Of a stretch of DNA of 64,000 nt, positions 13,488 to 27,427 are shown piece by piece (the stretch's first letter is position 1; every line of letters begins with the position of its first letter). The notes under the pieces were generated by a model that was not told the DNA's origin, did no database searches, and worked only from the letters and a program-made list of their open reading frames with translations. Made by a program: the position numbers and the translations under genes. This stretch comes from Octopus vulgaris (Eukaryota). The stretch covers positions 96,348,001 through 96,412,000 of the forward strand of contig OX597817.1 in assembly GCA_951406725.2 (NCBI GenBank), written 5' to 3'.

Positions 13488-13728
13488 TTAAGACATATTG
13501 ATGTTACAGAATGAAACTGAAATAAAAAGGCAGATAAGGAGTGGGAGAAAATTATTCAGAAAATAAATGTATAATAGAAACAACAATTTTATTATGGTCA
13601 CATAACAACAAATGCTAAATGAGAAAAATCTGTTAGTTGAAAAGAAATCTAAGACAAAGATCAAACATAGCTCTGAAAGATGAATAAATTAGATTCTATA
13701 GGATAAAATCTCAGATGAAATGACTTAC

Positions 13729-13838
13729 CTCACGTTTCCACTTGATGCATTACCCTGAGCAGTATCCTTTTTCTCATAATACTGAGCATAGTTATTTATC
13801 CCACGATAGAGCTTGTCATCTTCTTTACCTTTTAATTC
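13729..13838 (-). CDS. RNF113A: RNF113A/CWC24 orthologue, internal exon
   Basis: Acceptor ttctgtag, donor gtaagt. Encodes [36 protein letters not shown](R), close to human RNF113A [37 protein letters not shown] (recalled from memory). Starts in phase 0, matching the preceding exon. Confidence 0.93.
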
Positions 13839-15729
13839 CTACAGAAAAATAAAAGGAAAACAAATTCAATATTTAGCATTGTCAGCTCATTCAAACATAC
13901 ACTCATATACATACAAATGTGCATTAGTAACTAACTAGAAGAATGAGTACCCAACATCTGAAAGGTGAACAAACAATTGATGACCCTCAAACTTATGTTT
14001 TATGTGAGTCCGTTTCACTCATAAATCCTGGTTTTAAAAAAATTATGATCACTGTCTGTAGTAAATCTTTGGTACAAGAGAAGTAACCTCTTAATCTCCA
14101 AATTAACATAAAGGATTACTAACTAATGGGCCAATATACAAGAGATAAAAAGGAGAGAAGTATGGTTAGAGAAGAGAAAAAAAGTACTACATAAAATCAT
14201 CCTACAAATGAAAGCAGCCTCTAATCTCATTGAATGGATATATAGCAATGCCACCACAGCATAGTTTAGCCTTCTTGATACCAACCCACTTGAGATCACC
14301 TCTGGTTCTCTGATACATACTTCTGGTTTTGAAGTGATTTAAATTAACATTTTCCATCAACATTTTGTCTAATTTATGTACCAACTAACAAATTATTAAT
14401 GAAAAAATTATTTTACTAAATTCTTCATTATTTTCAAAATTAACTGAAACACCTGCAGAAATATGGTAACAAGAGGAGTTGAGTATGTAAATGACAAACT
14501 CAGTGGAAAGTTTATACAGTTTAATACTACAGAGTATTACTAGGTATCACTATAATGTGCTGTAAAGGGGGACAAGCACAGTTTCACTATGCAAAAACAC
14601 ACTTTTTGCTTGAACATTTATATGTTGTGAAAATACATTTTTTCTGCAGAAAACTATATATCATTTGAGAGTTTTAGATGTGGATTTTCTTCTCATGTAG
14701 TTTTGATCAAAATCCAACACTTACCATGCCAGTATCCCTCAATCACCCTGGTATTTCCACTAAGTTTGTCCCGTTTTTTATATTTTTTACAACTGAACAG
14801 TAGCCCTCATTTTAGTTCAATGTGCTGGAGCACTATAACTCAATGTGTGTTGAAACTCATACAGTCATGAAGAGGATTTTTATTCATTTATTTTTGATAT
14901 AAAAATTGATAGGGGTAGGTCAGATAATCATTATGAAGTAGAAAAGCTAAAATATCATCCTTAATTTTCAATTAGAAAAAAACATATCTTCCTCGAGATT
15001 TTTTATACCATAAGAAAGAAAAAATTTTCATGCATTCAATACAATCATTGCCAAAATCTGGCCATGATACACCATAAAAGCACAAAGTCAATAAAGAGGG
15101 TGGCTCTGTAATGCTACTTGTCAAACAGATGTATTCCTGTGTGATGATAGGTCAAATAGAACGTGAATTTAAGGCTTCAAATATCAAGTTTGAGCCAAAA
15201 TTTCAAGAAATAGTTAAACTAATTATTATTAAGTAAACTTATATCTATGAAAAATGTACAAGATATGTCTTCTATAGCCCAAAATGTTTTAGTGCCTTTA
15301 ATTTATGTTTCTAATGTTAAAGCAAGGATTTAGTTTTCCCATTTTGTTTGATTTTTAATCTAGGCCTACATGCAATTCTGAGAAAGGTACCAGGTGATCA
15401 TTGGATGTACTAAAAACAACAGTTAAATCTCCCTTAAATCACACATCTTTGTGTTTGGAAATATTTTCAAAATTTCTTTTTTTTTTTGCTCATCATTTTT
15501 AAGCACATAGTGCAAAAGAATTGGCCAAAATTGGTCCTGGTGGGCACAGGAAATTATAAATTTTCCAAAATTTCTTTTCATTAAAAGCTTCCCGCCATCA
15601 TTTTGAAGGCCATAGTGAAAACAAAAATTGAAAAAATTTGTCAAAACTGGTATTTAGGTTCTCAGTGATGCAGAGCTTACATTTGATGCCCTGTCTCCTG
15701 TATTTGTTGGCCTTAGCTATAAAGCACCG

Positions 15730-16200
15730 GTTTATATAGGAAATGCTCAATCATTTTCAATCACAATAACAATATTAGGAATATCTCCCCAAAGATCCTG
15801 TAATTGTAGATGCCCAAACAGCTGTCCCCTGAACAATACATGCCTGGAAAATGATATAGTGTACAAGGCCAACATTACAGATTTGAATGGAACAACAAAA
15901 ACTTACATTGGAATGATAGGAAACACCTTCAAACAAAGAGATACACAACATTTGGCTTCATTCAGAGATGAAAACAAAAGACAGACATACAACATCTTTA
16001 TCCAATATGGTATGAACACTTAAAGGGAGAGGCATGAGCAACCCCCACATAAACTCAAGCATTATAGCTAAGGCCAGCAAATACAGGGTATGTAGCACCA
16101 AATGTAAGTACTGCCTCACTGAAAACTAAATATCATAACTTCAACAGTGAAGACTTTAAATATAGAGAGGAAATTTTCTCCCCTTGTATGCACAAGTAAC
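15730..16200 (+). mobile_element. Degraded Naiad-type PLE GIY-YIG fragment
   Basis: Reads CNCRCPNSCPLNNTCLENDIVYKANITDLNGTTKTYIGMIGNTFKQRYTQHLASF. Confidence 0.8.
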
Positions 16201-16353
16201 AATTCACACTTCAAAATTTCATGCATGATCCCATACACTTTTCCACCCCTCCACCCTGGGCAAGTTCTCTGAATAGCAATTATATGCATTTTGCATAAAA
16301 GACAGAAATAAATAAAGGTATCAAATTGTTGGATTATGTGGTGAAAATAAGAG

Positions 16354-17037
16354 AGAGGGTCATATCTCAACTAATTAGGAAGAGAAGGCTTTCTCCATGT
16401 CAACGAAAGCCAGGTACAGAGGTTTATCTTTGGCTAGGTATTTCTCCGGCAGCTGTCTTACCAGAAATATAGCATCAGTGGTGCTTTTCGCTGGCACGAA
16501 CTCAAACTGCATCTCATCCAAACTGACTCTCTCCCTAATTAGTTGGGCTATGACCTACTCTGTGACTATCGAAATCAAATTCGATGACTGGCTTCCATGC
16601 TAGTGGTGCACTAAGAGTACCATCTGAGTGTGATCATTGCCAGAGCCACAAACTGGCTTCCATGCCGGTGGGACATGAAAAGCACTATTCGAGCATGATC
16701 ATTACCTGTGTCGTCTTACTGGCACCTGTGCTGGTGGCACGTGAAAAAAATATTCGAGCGAGGTCGTTGCCAGTGCTGCTGGACTGGCTCCTGTGCAAGT
16801 GGCACATAAAAAGCAACATTTGAGTGTGGCTGTTGCCAGTACCACCTGACTGGCTCTCGTGCTGGTGGCACGTAAAAGCACCCACTACACTCTCGAAGTG
16901 GTTGGTGTTAGGAAGGACATCCAGCTGTAGAAACTCTGCCAGATCAGACTGAAGCCTGGTGCAGCCATCTGGTTCGTCAGACCTTAGTCAAATCATCCAA
17001 CCCATGCTAGCATGATGATGATGATGATGATGATGAT
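16354..17037 (+). mobile_element. Rearranged RTE LINE: inverted RT segment joined to a sense 3' UTR and (GAT)n tail
   Basis: 16387-16560 is the reverse complement of the RTE RT segment AQLIRERVSLDEMQF...AFVDMEK. 16567-17037 is the sense RTE 3' UTR ending in GATGATGAT. Confidence 0.8.
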
Positions 17038-18728
17038 ATGTATACATACAGAAATTAAGGTAACAAACCTCATTGAGTGATAGCAAAATCCTTTGAAGCG
17101 ACTAGTTAGTTACCTATACAAAGAATGTTGAACATAACAGTTAATACTCAACTGCACAGTAACTATATGAACCATGGTTTATATATATTTATTTATTATA
17201 AGTAAAATAGAGAAGTAAATAATAAATTATTATTTATTAATTATAAAATTGAGAAACATCCCTTACAGTTGTTTCAATTGTAGACCTTCAGAAAATTAAT
17301 TAATATAATTAAAAATTATTTGAAATTTGTCAGAGGTAGTTTAAGATCTGCATCTTGAGTAAACAGCTGCAAATCATTAACTGATACAATTTATGCATAA
17401 AGAACCATAGAATGAAACTTGATATAGACCTTAGAATGGGGAAGAAGGAAGTATATATTGGAATTGTAAAGTAAAAATAGATCAATATATTAATCTAGAG
17501 TGTTTAGTAAAAGAAAAACTCAAGTAGATATATTGATATAAAAGTCATAAATTGTGATATTATGTCCATCCATATAAAAATAGAAAATTAGTATGTAGAG
17601 TTTAATTCAAGTGTGTATGGTTATTCATTAATATTTAATTAAGGTGGCCAGACATTCCAGGCAATCTATTACTTATTATGAATATTGAAAGGGTTAAAAG
17701 ACTTATAAGATAACTTAATGCTAGGGTGCATAAAAATTTTGAAATAAAATCAAGAATAAAATAAAATAAATAAAACAAAATAAGGTAAAAAGTAAAAATA
17801 AATAAAGACTTACAAAATATAGCCTTTCACTCCTTAAAAAAATTATTATTGAGCTAGACTAATACAGATAAGGAACTATTGGACAAAAAATTTTTAATTT
17901 CAGATATGCAGCATTCCCTTGGTGAGATAGCAGATGTAAATATGTTAAGAGGCTCAAGTAAGAAGATATAGTATTTAACATAAATAAATAAATAAGAATT
18001 TAAGGGAATAAATATATGTTAATAAAAGTAATAATAAGGGCTTAAATATGGGTCAATTCAACAAGTTTAATTAAAATTTATTAATAAAATTACTTAAATA
18101 CTTGAATATAATGCCCTCAAAACTGGAAGTAGGTATTTAATATAGAAGTGAAGAGCTAAAGAACAGCTGGGAATAATCTAAATTAGGGACATACCAAAGT
18201 GAAACCAGGTAGAAATTAATATGTATTTTTTACAGTGAGTTAGAAAATAGTTTCAGGTTTGATTCATATAGTACAATTAATTTAGAGGTGAAGAGCTAAT
18301 GAAAAACTAGGAACAATCCAAATTAGGAACATACAAAAAATGAGACCCAGTAAATGTAAACATATATTTTACAGTGCATATATATATTTTACTGGAATAT
18401 ACAGAAATACAAGTGTGTATGTGTATGTTTGGTAAGGTGTAAAGGTAGGATATTTCCAGAGATGCATTCACTGGAGTTCTGGGCTATCAACACTGTTGGA
18501 TTCCAGACTACTACTGAAATTCTTCAAGTGGAGAGAATCCTGGTTTTACAATGGTAAAACCATTGTGTGGGTGTGGCCTGTAATCCAAGTAATAATAAGA
18601 CACAGAAATCTTTAATGAATCTTTACTAATTATTCATCCTCTAACCATACTTTCATTTGCTTTCTGTTTCCTCCCAATATAAGCAAAAAAACAATGTCTG
18701 GAAGACACACAACATAAGAGTGAACCTT

Positions 18729-18856
18729 TGATGCAAGCCTGATGATGTGCCAATCTAATGTCTAAAACTGCAAACATTGCATAAATTTTCACTTTGAATT
18801 TTTGTGTAAACTGGTGTTACAAGTAGAGCTGGTACAGAAACAATTGTAACGAATCA
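18729..18856 (+). ncRNA. Degenerate type I hammerhead ribozyme motif with long stem II
   Basis: CTGATGA (18739-18745), TGTGCCA...TGGTACA stem II, GAAA (18837-18840), palindromic CAATTG stem III, then GTA. Stem I pairs poorly. Confidence 0.55.
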
Positions 18857-19398
18857 TTAAAGATGTGTTAAATAAATTTCTTTGTCTTCTTGTTATTTGG
18901 ATTACATATCAAAATAAAATGTTGGAGAGAGACAAAGTCAAACAGACAGATTTTTCATTTACACCCAACAATACAACAGATTACACCATTCAACTGCATC
19001 AGTCATCCAGTTCTGGAATACATGATTACATAGGAATCATATGAAACTTGTTTTTATTCATTTTGAAGAAAGTCAAGAGCTCCCTAATTTAAAGGATAAA
19101 ACTAATCCTTCTTTAATCATTCATTCATGTTCAGTAACAGGATGCTACAAGATGTTAAGGTTAATAGTAAGTTGCAGGCTTTCATAATAATCATTGATTA
19201 CCACATCACTGTTTTGGCGACCATCTTTCCATAATTGCTACAGACTGTGAGATTTATAGTATAACATGATGAGGTTTTTAAAGAATTTAATCTGCTAAAA
19301 ACTAATGCAAAGAAATAAACATAAACACCTTAGTTCTTCTTATGAGGATAACACAATCCAAAAATATAATTATTAAAATAAAAGTCAAATCTATTTAC

Positions 19399-19506
19399 TT
19401 TGTTCACAATCAGTGATCTTTCAAATATTGATTGGGCATCCTTATTTTCTTCAGTATCAATTTCTGTTGTAGCTGTTGCTCCCATATCATTTGGGCCATC
19501 ACGTTT
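19399..19506 (-). CDS. RNF113A: RNF113A/CWC24 orthologue, internal exon
   Basis: Acceptor ttgcag, donor gtaaat; 108 nt, phase 0/0. KRDGPNDMGATATTEIDTEENKDAQSIFERSLIVNK versus human [33 protein letters not shown]. Confidence 0.93.
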
Positions 19507-20569
19507 CTGCAATTATTAAATAATAAAAATTAACAATGTTAAATAAGCAATAAATTAATTGATGAGAATGAGATCATTATGTCCTATTTCAACTGAGAGA
19601 GGGGTATATGAAAAACACATCATTTTCTCTTATTGTTCACGTCCATGTTTAGTTTAAAGATTAGAAAGAAGCAAAAATCACTGTTAGGGGACAGTTTACA
19701 AACAAACAAAAATAACAAGTGTTACAATAATAAAAAAATTATTTCAAACAGACACACAAGGCTACATATTTTCAGGAAGAGGTATAATCAATTGAATTGA
19801 ATCCCAATACCATCATTATCATTTTTACATCTACTCTCCAAACTAGCATGGGCTGGATCATAAAACAGGATCCAACAGGTTGGAAGACCATATCTTGGTC
19901 TATATTATGGAGGCAACTCATATTAATATTAACATTATTACGGTTGGATGGTATATAATTGTAATTATCATCATTATACTTATTAAGGTACTTAGTATTT
20001 AGTTCTTGAAATTTAGCATTACTAAGATTAGCAATAGTTTTAATACTACTATCCTTAATCTTTCCAACAGTTGAAGTACAGCTTTGTATACTTTTAGTGT
20101 CAATGTTTAAACTTTTTACAACCACATCATTAATTTCACTAGAATTCATATTAAAGGAGAATGTCCTTTAGTAAGAAAATCATAGCCTTTTGGGAGATAT
20201 GTACATCCTCTCACTGATAACAGCATTGAATTCAGAGCTGTTTGCTCTATCATATATAATGCACAACCATATAAAGGTAATGGTGATGAGGGTTGTTGTG
20301 GGTTCTGTGTATCAGAGGTGTTTCATATAAATAAAATTAAATCAACATTATGTTTTAATTATAGATGCCAGCACCTTAAATACAAATCATTCTGGTACAC
20401 TAACTATAGCCAACCTTATACTTAATTATTTAACCTACACTAATAAACTTTATAACTTACCCATGGTTAACTATAATTTGGTCTCACCTTAGTACTAGAT
20501 AAGGTATTAGACCATATTTAGACTTTCTGCTATTTGTAACACTACTTATTTACCCTTTGAATCTTGCAA

Positions 20570-22270
20570 AGTTCTTTTTGTCTGAGAGTTGGTTTTGCTA
20601 ATATAATTTTATTTGCATTTGGGGCAGGTGATACTGTACATGACATTGTGCTTTGCAGTTCAATCCTGCATTTACTTGGAGAATACACTTTCAAATTTTA
20701 TGAGAACCAGTATCCAAATATTTGAAATTGCTGTTACATGTTCCACACCCTTCTCTCCACAGACCTTCACAGAGAATTCTGGATTATCCTCTGATGTAAA
20801 TTTTGTCCTTGTGAGATGTTTTTCTTAAAGAATTTTTGGCTAATATTTACAGTATTGCATGAGATTTTCATCAACCAAATTTTTCATTTTTGGGGTTATG
20901 TAAGAGTATTAGTAGATTTGTTTTGTAGTTTGGAATATGTTGATCACTCTTGGCTAATGCATATTGATAAATGGAATAGTATTTTCCTCAATTTTTTCTT
21001 GGATGTCCTCAGTTGTATGATGTCCAGTTTCATCACCTTTATAATTCCATTATTTATTAATTTTAAGAGGCAAATTTGTTGTTTTAGAAAGCCTTTGAGT
21101 TCATTATGTTGAATTTGACATACCTTTGGATCAACTACTATTGCACAAACACATCTTGCCTTACCATACGGAATGTTCCTTTTGATATGTGAATGAGGCA
21201 AGAGAAGTTCAAATACTGGTGTGTGTCTGGTTTTTTTTAAGATACCTTTGTTGTTACTGTGGAGTTGCCTATTTTTATATGAATGTCTAAAAACAGTAAG
21301 TTATTATGACTGGTTTCTGTTGTGAACTTGACAGATCATTGAATATTTGTAGATCATTTGATTTCTCCCAAAAAATAATGCAATCCTTGGGGAAGCATTT
21401 CCACTTTTCAATGACATATTTCTCAAAATTTCTCTACTTCCTTGTATAGTTTTTCTTCTAAAAACAAAAACTCATAACCAGATTAGCATATGCGGGTGCA
21501 AATTTTGTCCTCATAGCTGTGCCCTTTATTTGTCAATATGTTTTACCATCAAAATTAAAGGTATTCTCCTCTAGCCCCAGGCATGTGGCTTTGGTAATGA
21601 AATATGATTTGAAATATTCATTTATCTTCTCTCTACATTTTTCTACTCAGTGTTTGATTACTTTCAGTCCTGAGTGTGAGGTATATTAGTATAAAGGTTA
21701 CTAACATTGAAACTTCTAAGGATAGTCCCTTCTGGGGCAGTGGGTAAGATGCATTTGAGAAAATCCATGTTGTCTCATATATAACTAGGTATTAATGAGT
21801 ATATCCCAAAGATTACTTAATTGTTGTGTTGGAGATTATGGCCCAGCAACTATTGGTCTCAATTTGAGATCAGTGGGTCTTAGTATTTTTAAGTACTGGT
21901 CCTTCTGTTCACTTACAGCTCTCTATATTTCCAAGCTTTTGTGGATCTTGGGTAAGCCATAGAAACTGCTTGCTTCACTTCCAGAGTTATATCAAGTAGT
22001 CTGTTTCTTTATCTGTGAAGGAGTGTGGATATTTGTTAAATAATGTTCTGATTTTATGCATAATTGTTTTTCTGGATTTCTTGTTTATTCCTTATAGTAA
22101 TTTTGGTCTCTTAGATCGACTAATATTTTGTCTTTATAGTAGTCCCTGTCCATAACCACTACCATCCCAACCTTATCGGATTCTTTTAGGATGACTGAGT
22201 TGTCATTCTTCAGTTGTAGTAATGCTTCTTTTTCTTATTTACAAAAATTTTGTTAGGATTTACAGACATT
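20570..22270 (-). mobile_element. Degraded Penelope-like element (RT + GIY-YIG), non-Naiad type
   Basis: Minus-strand pieces ILKESDKVGMVVVMDRDYY, KGTAMRTKFAP.YANL, PHSHIKRNIPYG and YSITCPKC...YI. Many stops and frameshifts. Confidence 0.75.
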
Positions 22271-22670
22271 TCTTTCTTACCTTTCTTCCTGTCTTTCTTT
22301 TTTACCTTCTGTTCTCCCTAACCAAGCCTCCAAAAATTCACCATACATATATATATGTAACCCATATATACACACATACACATTTTTCACAATGATGTAG
22401 AGAGTAATATTTTAATTTATGTAATTAAAATGCTAAAAGGACTTTGGAATCATATTGTATATCATTTACATTTTTCATCATATCATGTGCAAGATATAAC
22501 TTCCTTGCTAACTTTTGCCACATATTTATATGTCCATATATCATTACCTTTTCAATTCTATAATATATGCACAATATTTTCTCAGGTTAACATATACTTT
22601 TATTGTTACACATACACAAATTATTTACATCAAACTTGATTTTCTGTTATAGTTTTAAATATGTACATTG

Positions 22671-22995
22671 TGAAGGTGTGTGGCTTAGTGGTTAGGGCAT
22701 TTGGCTTACAATCATATGGTTGTGAGTTCAATTCCTAGCAACACGTTGTGTCCTCGAGCAAGACACTTTATTTCACATTGCTCCAGTCCAATCTGCTAGC
22801 AAAAATGAGTAGTACATGTATTTCAAAAGGTCAGCCTTGTCACACCCTGTGTCATGCTGAATCTCACTGAGAACTACGTTAAAGGTTCATGTGTCCGTGG
22901 AATGCTCAGCCACTTGCACATTAATTTCATGAGCAAGCTGTTCCATTGATCGTATCAGCTGGGACCCTCGTCATCATAACCGACAGAGTGCTACT
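22671..22995 (+). mobile_element. tRNA-derived SINE
   Basis: A box TGGCTTAGTGG, B box GAGTTCAATTCC, then the conserved-core-like GTGTCCTCGAGCAAGACACTT. Confidence 0.8.
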
Positions 22996-23693
22996 TTTTG
23001 TATGTTATATTTATAAAAACAATGGAACAATCTAATTTCTTCTATAAAGGCATTTAAGTAAAACATTCATCTAACCACAGTTCAAACAGTGTTATTGTTT
23101 GGAGTCAAATACTAAAACCAAGAACACTTCTGTACAAGAAACAAACTTTCAACTAATTTCACAAACAACTTCCAGTCAACTTCTTGTTTGCACCACATGT
23201 GCTTTTTTTTTTTAATCAGTGAATTTCTCCAGATTTTCTACTTTCAAAATTGATTCTTCAAAGTAACAGGTTAGAATTCAGTGATATAATTTATTAATGA
23301 TTTATTTATTAAGGATTAATTTGAAAAAAAGACTTAGAGAAAACTGATATTTCAATGTCATCTACAAATACCAGCTATCCCAATAATATATGTATCCGAT
23401 TATCAATTCTGAGCAGGAATGCATTTATAAGTGAATGGTAAAAATTTTTTTCAAGTTAATGATATATTTTAAATGCAACATCTCTGTATGCTGGTGGATT
23501 TATTAGGAGAGCATAATTATTGTAATAAAGTAACACTAATTTGTTGGGCCTTACTTTTGAATGGAGGAGATGAAAGCATATTGTGGAATTTTTTATAGGA
23601 ACTGTACAGCCTCCAGGTTACAGACCAATTGGAGCACAATTTCAACTCTGAAACAGGAAATCAATATCTCATAAGTATATCTAACCAATTCAT

Positions 23694-25756
23694 CCCTTTA
23701 GCATTCAGTCCAGCCAAATCCAGTCTAAATTATTTCCTTTCTGTTTGTTCAAACCAGCTAAATCTGGCCATAATTGGCTTCTGCATGAAGTCGCTAAAAA
23801 AATAAAACCACATTATTGAATTCTTGTAGCTTTGAGATAATGCAAGATAAAACCTTTCCCACCTTTATTCAAAGTATAATTACCATGAAATTTTTGAGAC
23901 CAGATGGTTTTTTTCAACGTTTAAAGAAGTGTGTATGTAAGTATTTATCAATATGGCGTCAGCAAGTAGCAATCCTGACTTTGAAGGTTTTCATCTTGAT
24001 ATACAAAATGTAAAAGAAAATGATTTGTCTTCAGATGAATCTGATATTGATGTTAATGAATTTTTGTTGGACGAGAAAGATAGTGATAGTGATGAAAATG
24101 ACAATATTCAAAGCAGCATGGCAACATGGTCAAAAATTACAACATCAGCCACAATTCAAGATTTAACAGAAAAAACTGGCCCACAACATAATCTGCCTTC
24201 TAATGTTCAACCATTGGACTATTTATTTTTATTTTTACCAGAAGTTTCTTTTTCAAAAATAAATATGCCCAACAAATGATTTCTGCTCATGGAAGACCTG
24301 CAGAAATGCAAACATTTTTTTACCATAAACATTATGTTTGGTATCAAGCAGTTTCCTTGATTGTGGAACTACTGGAGTTCCGATATAAGGTATGGTGATC
24401 CATGTATATTATATGTATTATGTCACAAACAAGGTATTCAAAAATATCTCAATATTTACATTTTTCTGATTTTGCTAATACCCCCAGCAAGAGTGAACCA
24501 AATTATGATCTCAATATAAAATGTATCCAATTAATGATTTACTTTCTGAAAAATATAAAACCATGTATCTACTTGGGAAAAATCTCAGTGTAGAAGAAAC
24601 TATGATAGATTATAAGGGTAGGATACATTTTCGGCAAAAGATGCCTTTTAAACTGACTACATGGGACATCAAGATATAGGGGGTATGTGAATCAGATACA
24701 GGGTATTGTGCAAATTTTGTGGTTTACACAGGGTAAAAATATAATGGAGACAGACTAGATGGATTGGGGTATGATGTTTTCTTCAGTGGCTTTGGCAGAA
24801 CATCTTGCCAGTGTAAGCACTTGCACATGTAGTACTGTGATGAGCAATTGCAAAAGACTACCTCGTGAAATAACAACCAAATTAAAAAAGAGGGGGCATT
24901 CTTCAAATGCAAAATGAAAATTTGCTAGTCACAGTATACAAGGGCAAAAGACAAATTTTAGTTTTGTCTACCAATGAACAACCTGGTGTTGGTACTGAGA
25001 GGAAACCTACAGTAAATATTTCACAAAGTAAATATATGGGTGGTGTCAATAAACCCAATCCAGTTGGATTTTCTGGAACGAAATGGTGAGGTACATTTTG
25101 TAGTTTTTAGTTAACGTAACTATTGTTAATTCATATATTGTTTATGTAAAAAAGCTACACGGTATCTCTACCACCAAAGGATTACAGCCACATGAAATTT
25201 CAGGTTGAAATTGCATCTCAGTTACATGAGGGCTTTTCTTCCAGAAAGCACAGAACTCAGAGAAAAGCAAAATTAACTGAGGTGGACGTCAACAGAGAAA
25301 ATATTAACTTCCATAAAGTTGAAAAAATAAATGGGAGAAAGAAAGTTTGTAGATTGTGTTCACTACAAAAGAGAAAAACAGCTAAAAAGTATCAGGTCAA
25401 AACTTTGTGTTCATTATACCAAGTACCCTCATGTAAAAGGTGCTCTGGACAATTCCAAGACAGAAATATGGCATAATTATATTTTCTAGTTTGATAGAAA
25501 TACAAAATGATAAATTGACTAGTAAAAGAGCTTTGTACTTTTTACCTGCCCATAAAAGTCAAATTTAATCAAAAAGATCAGCTAAAATTATATAACTATA
25601 AACCATGGTAGTTAAGCACCCACTGACAAAATTTCAAGTGTGTATGTAAGAAATTAACAAAGTTACAAATATTTGGACACCCTCCCACCTTGAACCTGAT
25701 TAATTCAAAATAATGTGAACAAATAAGCATTATATTTGACAGATAAATCTGAATGC
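23694..25756 (+). mobile_element. Degraded piggyBac transposon with pseudogenised transposase (~23953-25476)
   Basis: Left end CCCTTTAGCATT is shared with the 36515 MITE. Acidic N-terminus, QPLDYLFLF, SV(D/E)ETMIDYKGR, TGYC...YTG, KYMGGV and a C-terminal Cys-rich CRLC...CKRC. The 3' subterminal sequence resembles that of the MITE. Confidence 0.85.
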
Positions 25757-26217
25757 AACCTATACAGACAGGTGAACATAACATGACAAGCAAAAGTCAA
25801 TAAAAAAAGGTAAAAATATATTCACAATAAACACCAATGACCATTATTCCATATCAGCAAATTTTATCAAAATTCATGGAATAGTTATACCGTTATTATT
25901 TTTATACTAGACAGACAGCATTTTACCAAAATCTTTAGTTTCTAACCGGACTAGGGGGTTTATATGGAGAAAGCATTACATTAAGTGATTATAGCTATTG
26001 GAAAATTGATTTAACAGAAAATTCTTGTGAAATTTCAGAATATTCTTCACAACTAATATATATGTATATTACTTCTTGTATGAGTGAGCATATGTATAAA
26101 TCTGTTACAATTTGATCTCATTCACCTGTTCATTACATTAAAAATTAACTGAATCACAAGAACAAAAAATATAATACTATAGAAAAATGTAAATTAAATA
26201 TATATATATATACTAAC

Positions 26218-26307
26218 ACCTGTTTTGTTTGACTTGTATGATACACTCAAATCTTCTTCACTTTCGCTGCTATATGTCACTTTTGATGTTCTTTTCAGCT
26301 TCTTTGT
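26218..26307 (-). CDS. RNF113A: RNF113A/CWC24 orthologue, internal exon
   Basis: Acceptor ttgttag, donor gttagt; 90 nt, phase 0/0. TKKLKRTSKVTYSSESEEDLSVSYKSNKTG versus human ...[24 protein letters not shown], which directly precedes the GPEDMGATA motif. Confidence 0.82.
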
Positions 26308-27199
26308 CTAACAAGATATTAAACATATACATAAATAAATAGAGAGAGAGAGAGACAGAGAGACAGACAGAAGAATAGACAAGCAGATACATATACATAT
26401 GAGAAAAAATACATATATTATGAGGACCAAGTTAATTAGGACATTAGTTTTTGCATATTGGTTTATCTCTACATTCACACACACACACACACATACAAAT
26501 ATGGATACATATACACAAAACTGCGTTCATGACAAATTACATAGCTACATGACATGATTCAATGACTAATGGATGAATTGGTAGAGTCAGATAAAATTCT
26601 TTGTGGCATTTAATAAAGATTTTCGTCATTAAATTACACCTGAGATTAATTATTAGACTTGGTGCAATCATACATACACATATAAAAGCTGTGGCCCAGC
26701 ATGGTCACAGACAGGTACTAGCTAAGACAAAAGGCCAAGTTATACATATATATACACCAATGTGTGCACAACAATCAAACATACAAAGAAATGTATCTAT
26801 CATTTCTCATGAAGAAAAACTGGAGGAAAGTGAGAGTGAGTATATATATATATGTCTTCCCCTGCTATAGACACCATCTGTACCAGCCCAGATGTTACTG
26901 AGGTACTCCTAACATTGGATCATTATCAGCAATTTACAAAGGTGTGTGCTGAAACTAAAAGAAAATCACTTATATAAACAAATATTTGTATGTTTGTTTA
27001 CATTATCAGTCTATGAAAATCACAAGCTAGAAGAAACATTCTTCTCAGCTTATATCTTGTTGACAAATCATCCACTGACTTTGAAAGACATAAAAATAAA
27101 AAAAGATTACTGAAAGGAAGGGTAAAAGCTGTACAAGAATGTCTCAAAATTATATGCCTAACAAATGCTAGCATTGGAAAATGGGCATTTAAATGAATG

Positions 27200-27233
<34 letters not shown>

Positions 27234-27427
27234 AAAGTAACAATATCTGAATAGCTCAAGAGTGGATTATATACTCGGCTGGGTCAAATTGTCTGCATCC
27301 ACTGCAAGAATATCATTCCATCGGTACTTCTGTACCAAAGTTGATATTTACATAATATTGTTGTGTGTGTATATTATTCCAACCGATTGAGGTACCTCAA
27401 CATAAGTACCTAATTCAACTGAATCTT

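Noticed and set aside
14719-14795. Minus-strand exon-like segment with a GTAAGT donor
   Set aside because: No similarity to RNF113A, and the flanking exons already join without a gap in the protein alignment.
17255-17385. Minus-strand GAAACAACTGTA hammerhead 3' half
   Set aside because: No CUGANGA core or stem I partner was found.
18142-18376. Diverged ~95-bp direct repeat pair
   Set aside because: Looks like an ordinary old duplication in AT-rich TE-derived sequence.
19772-20149. 125-aa minus-strand ORF
   Set aside because: Low-complexity Asn/Ser/Lys sequence running into a decayed RTE tail; no recognisable domain.
22671-22745. tRNA genes at SINE heads (also 7780-7856 and 8835-8909)
   Set aside because: A and B boxes are present, but there is no intact cloverleaf and each continues into a SINE body.
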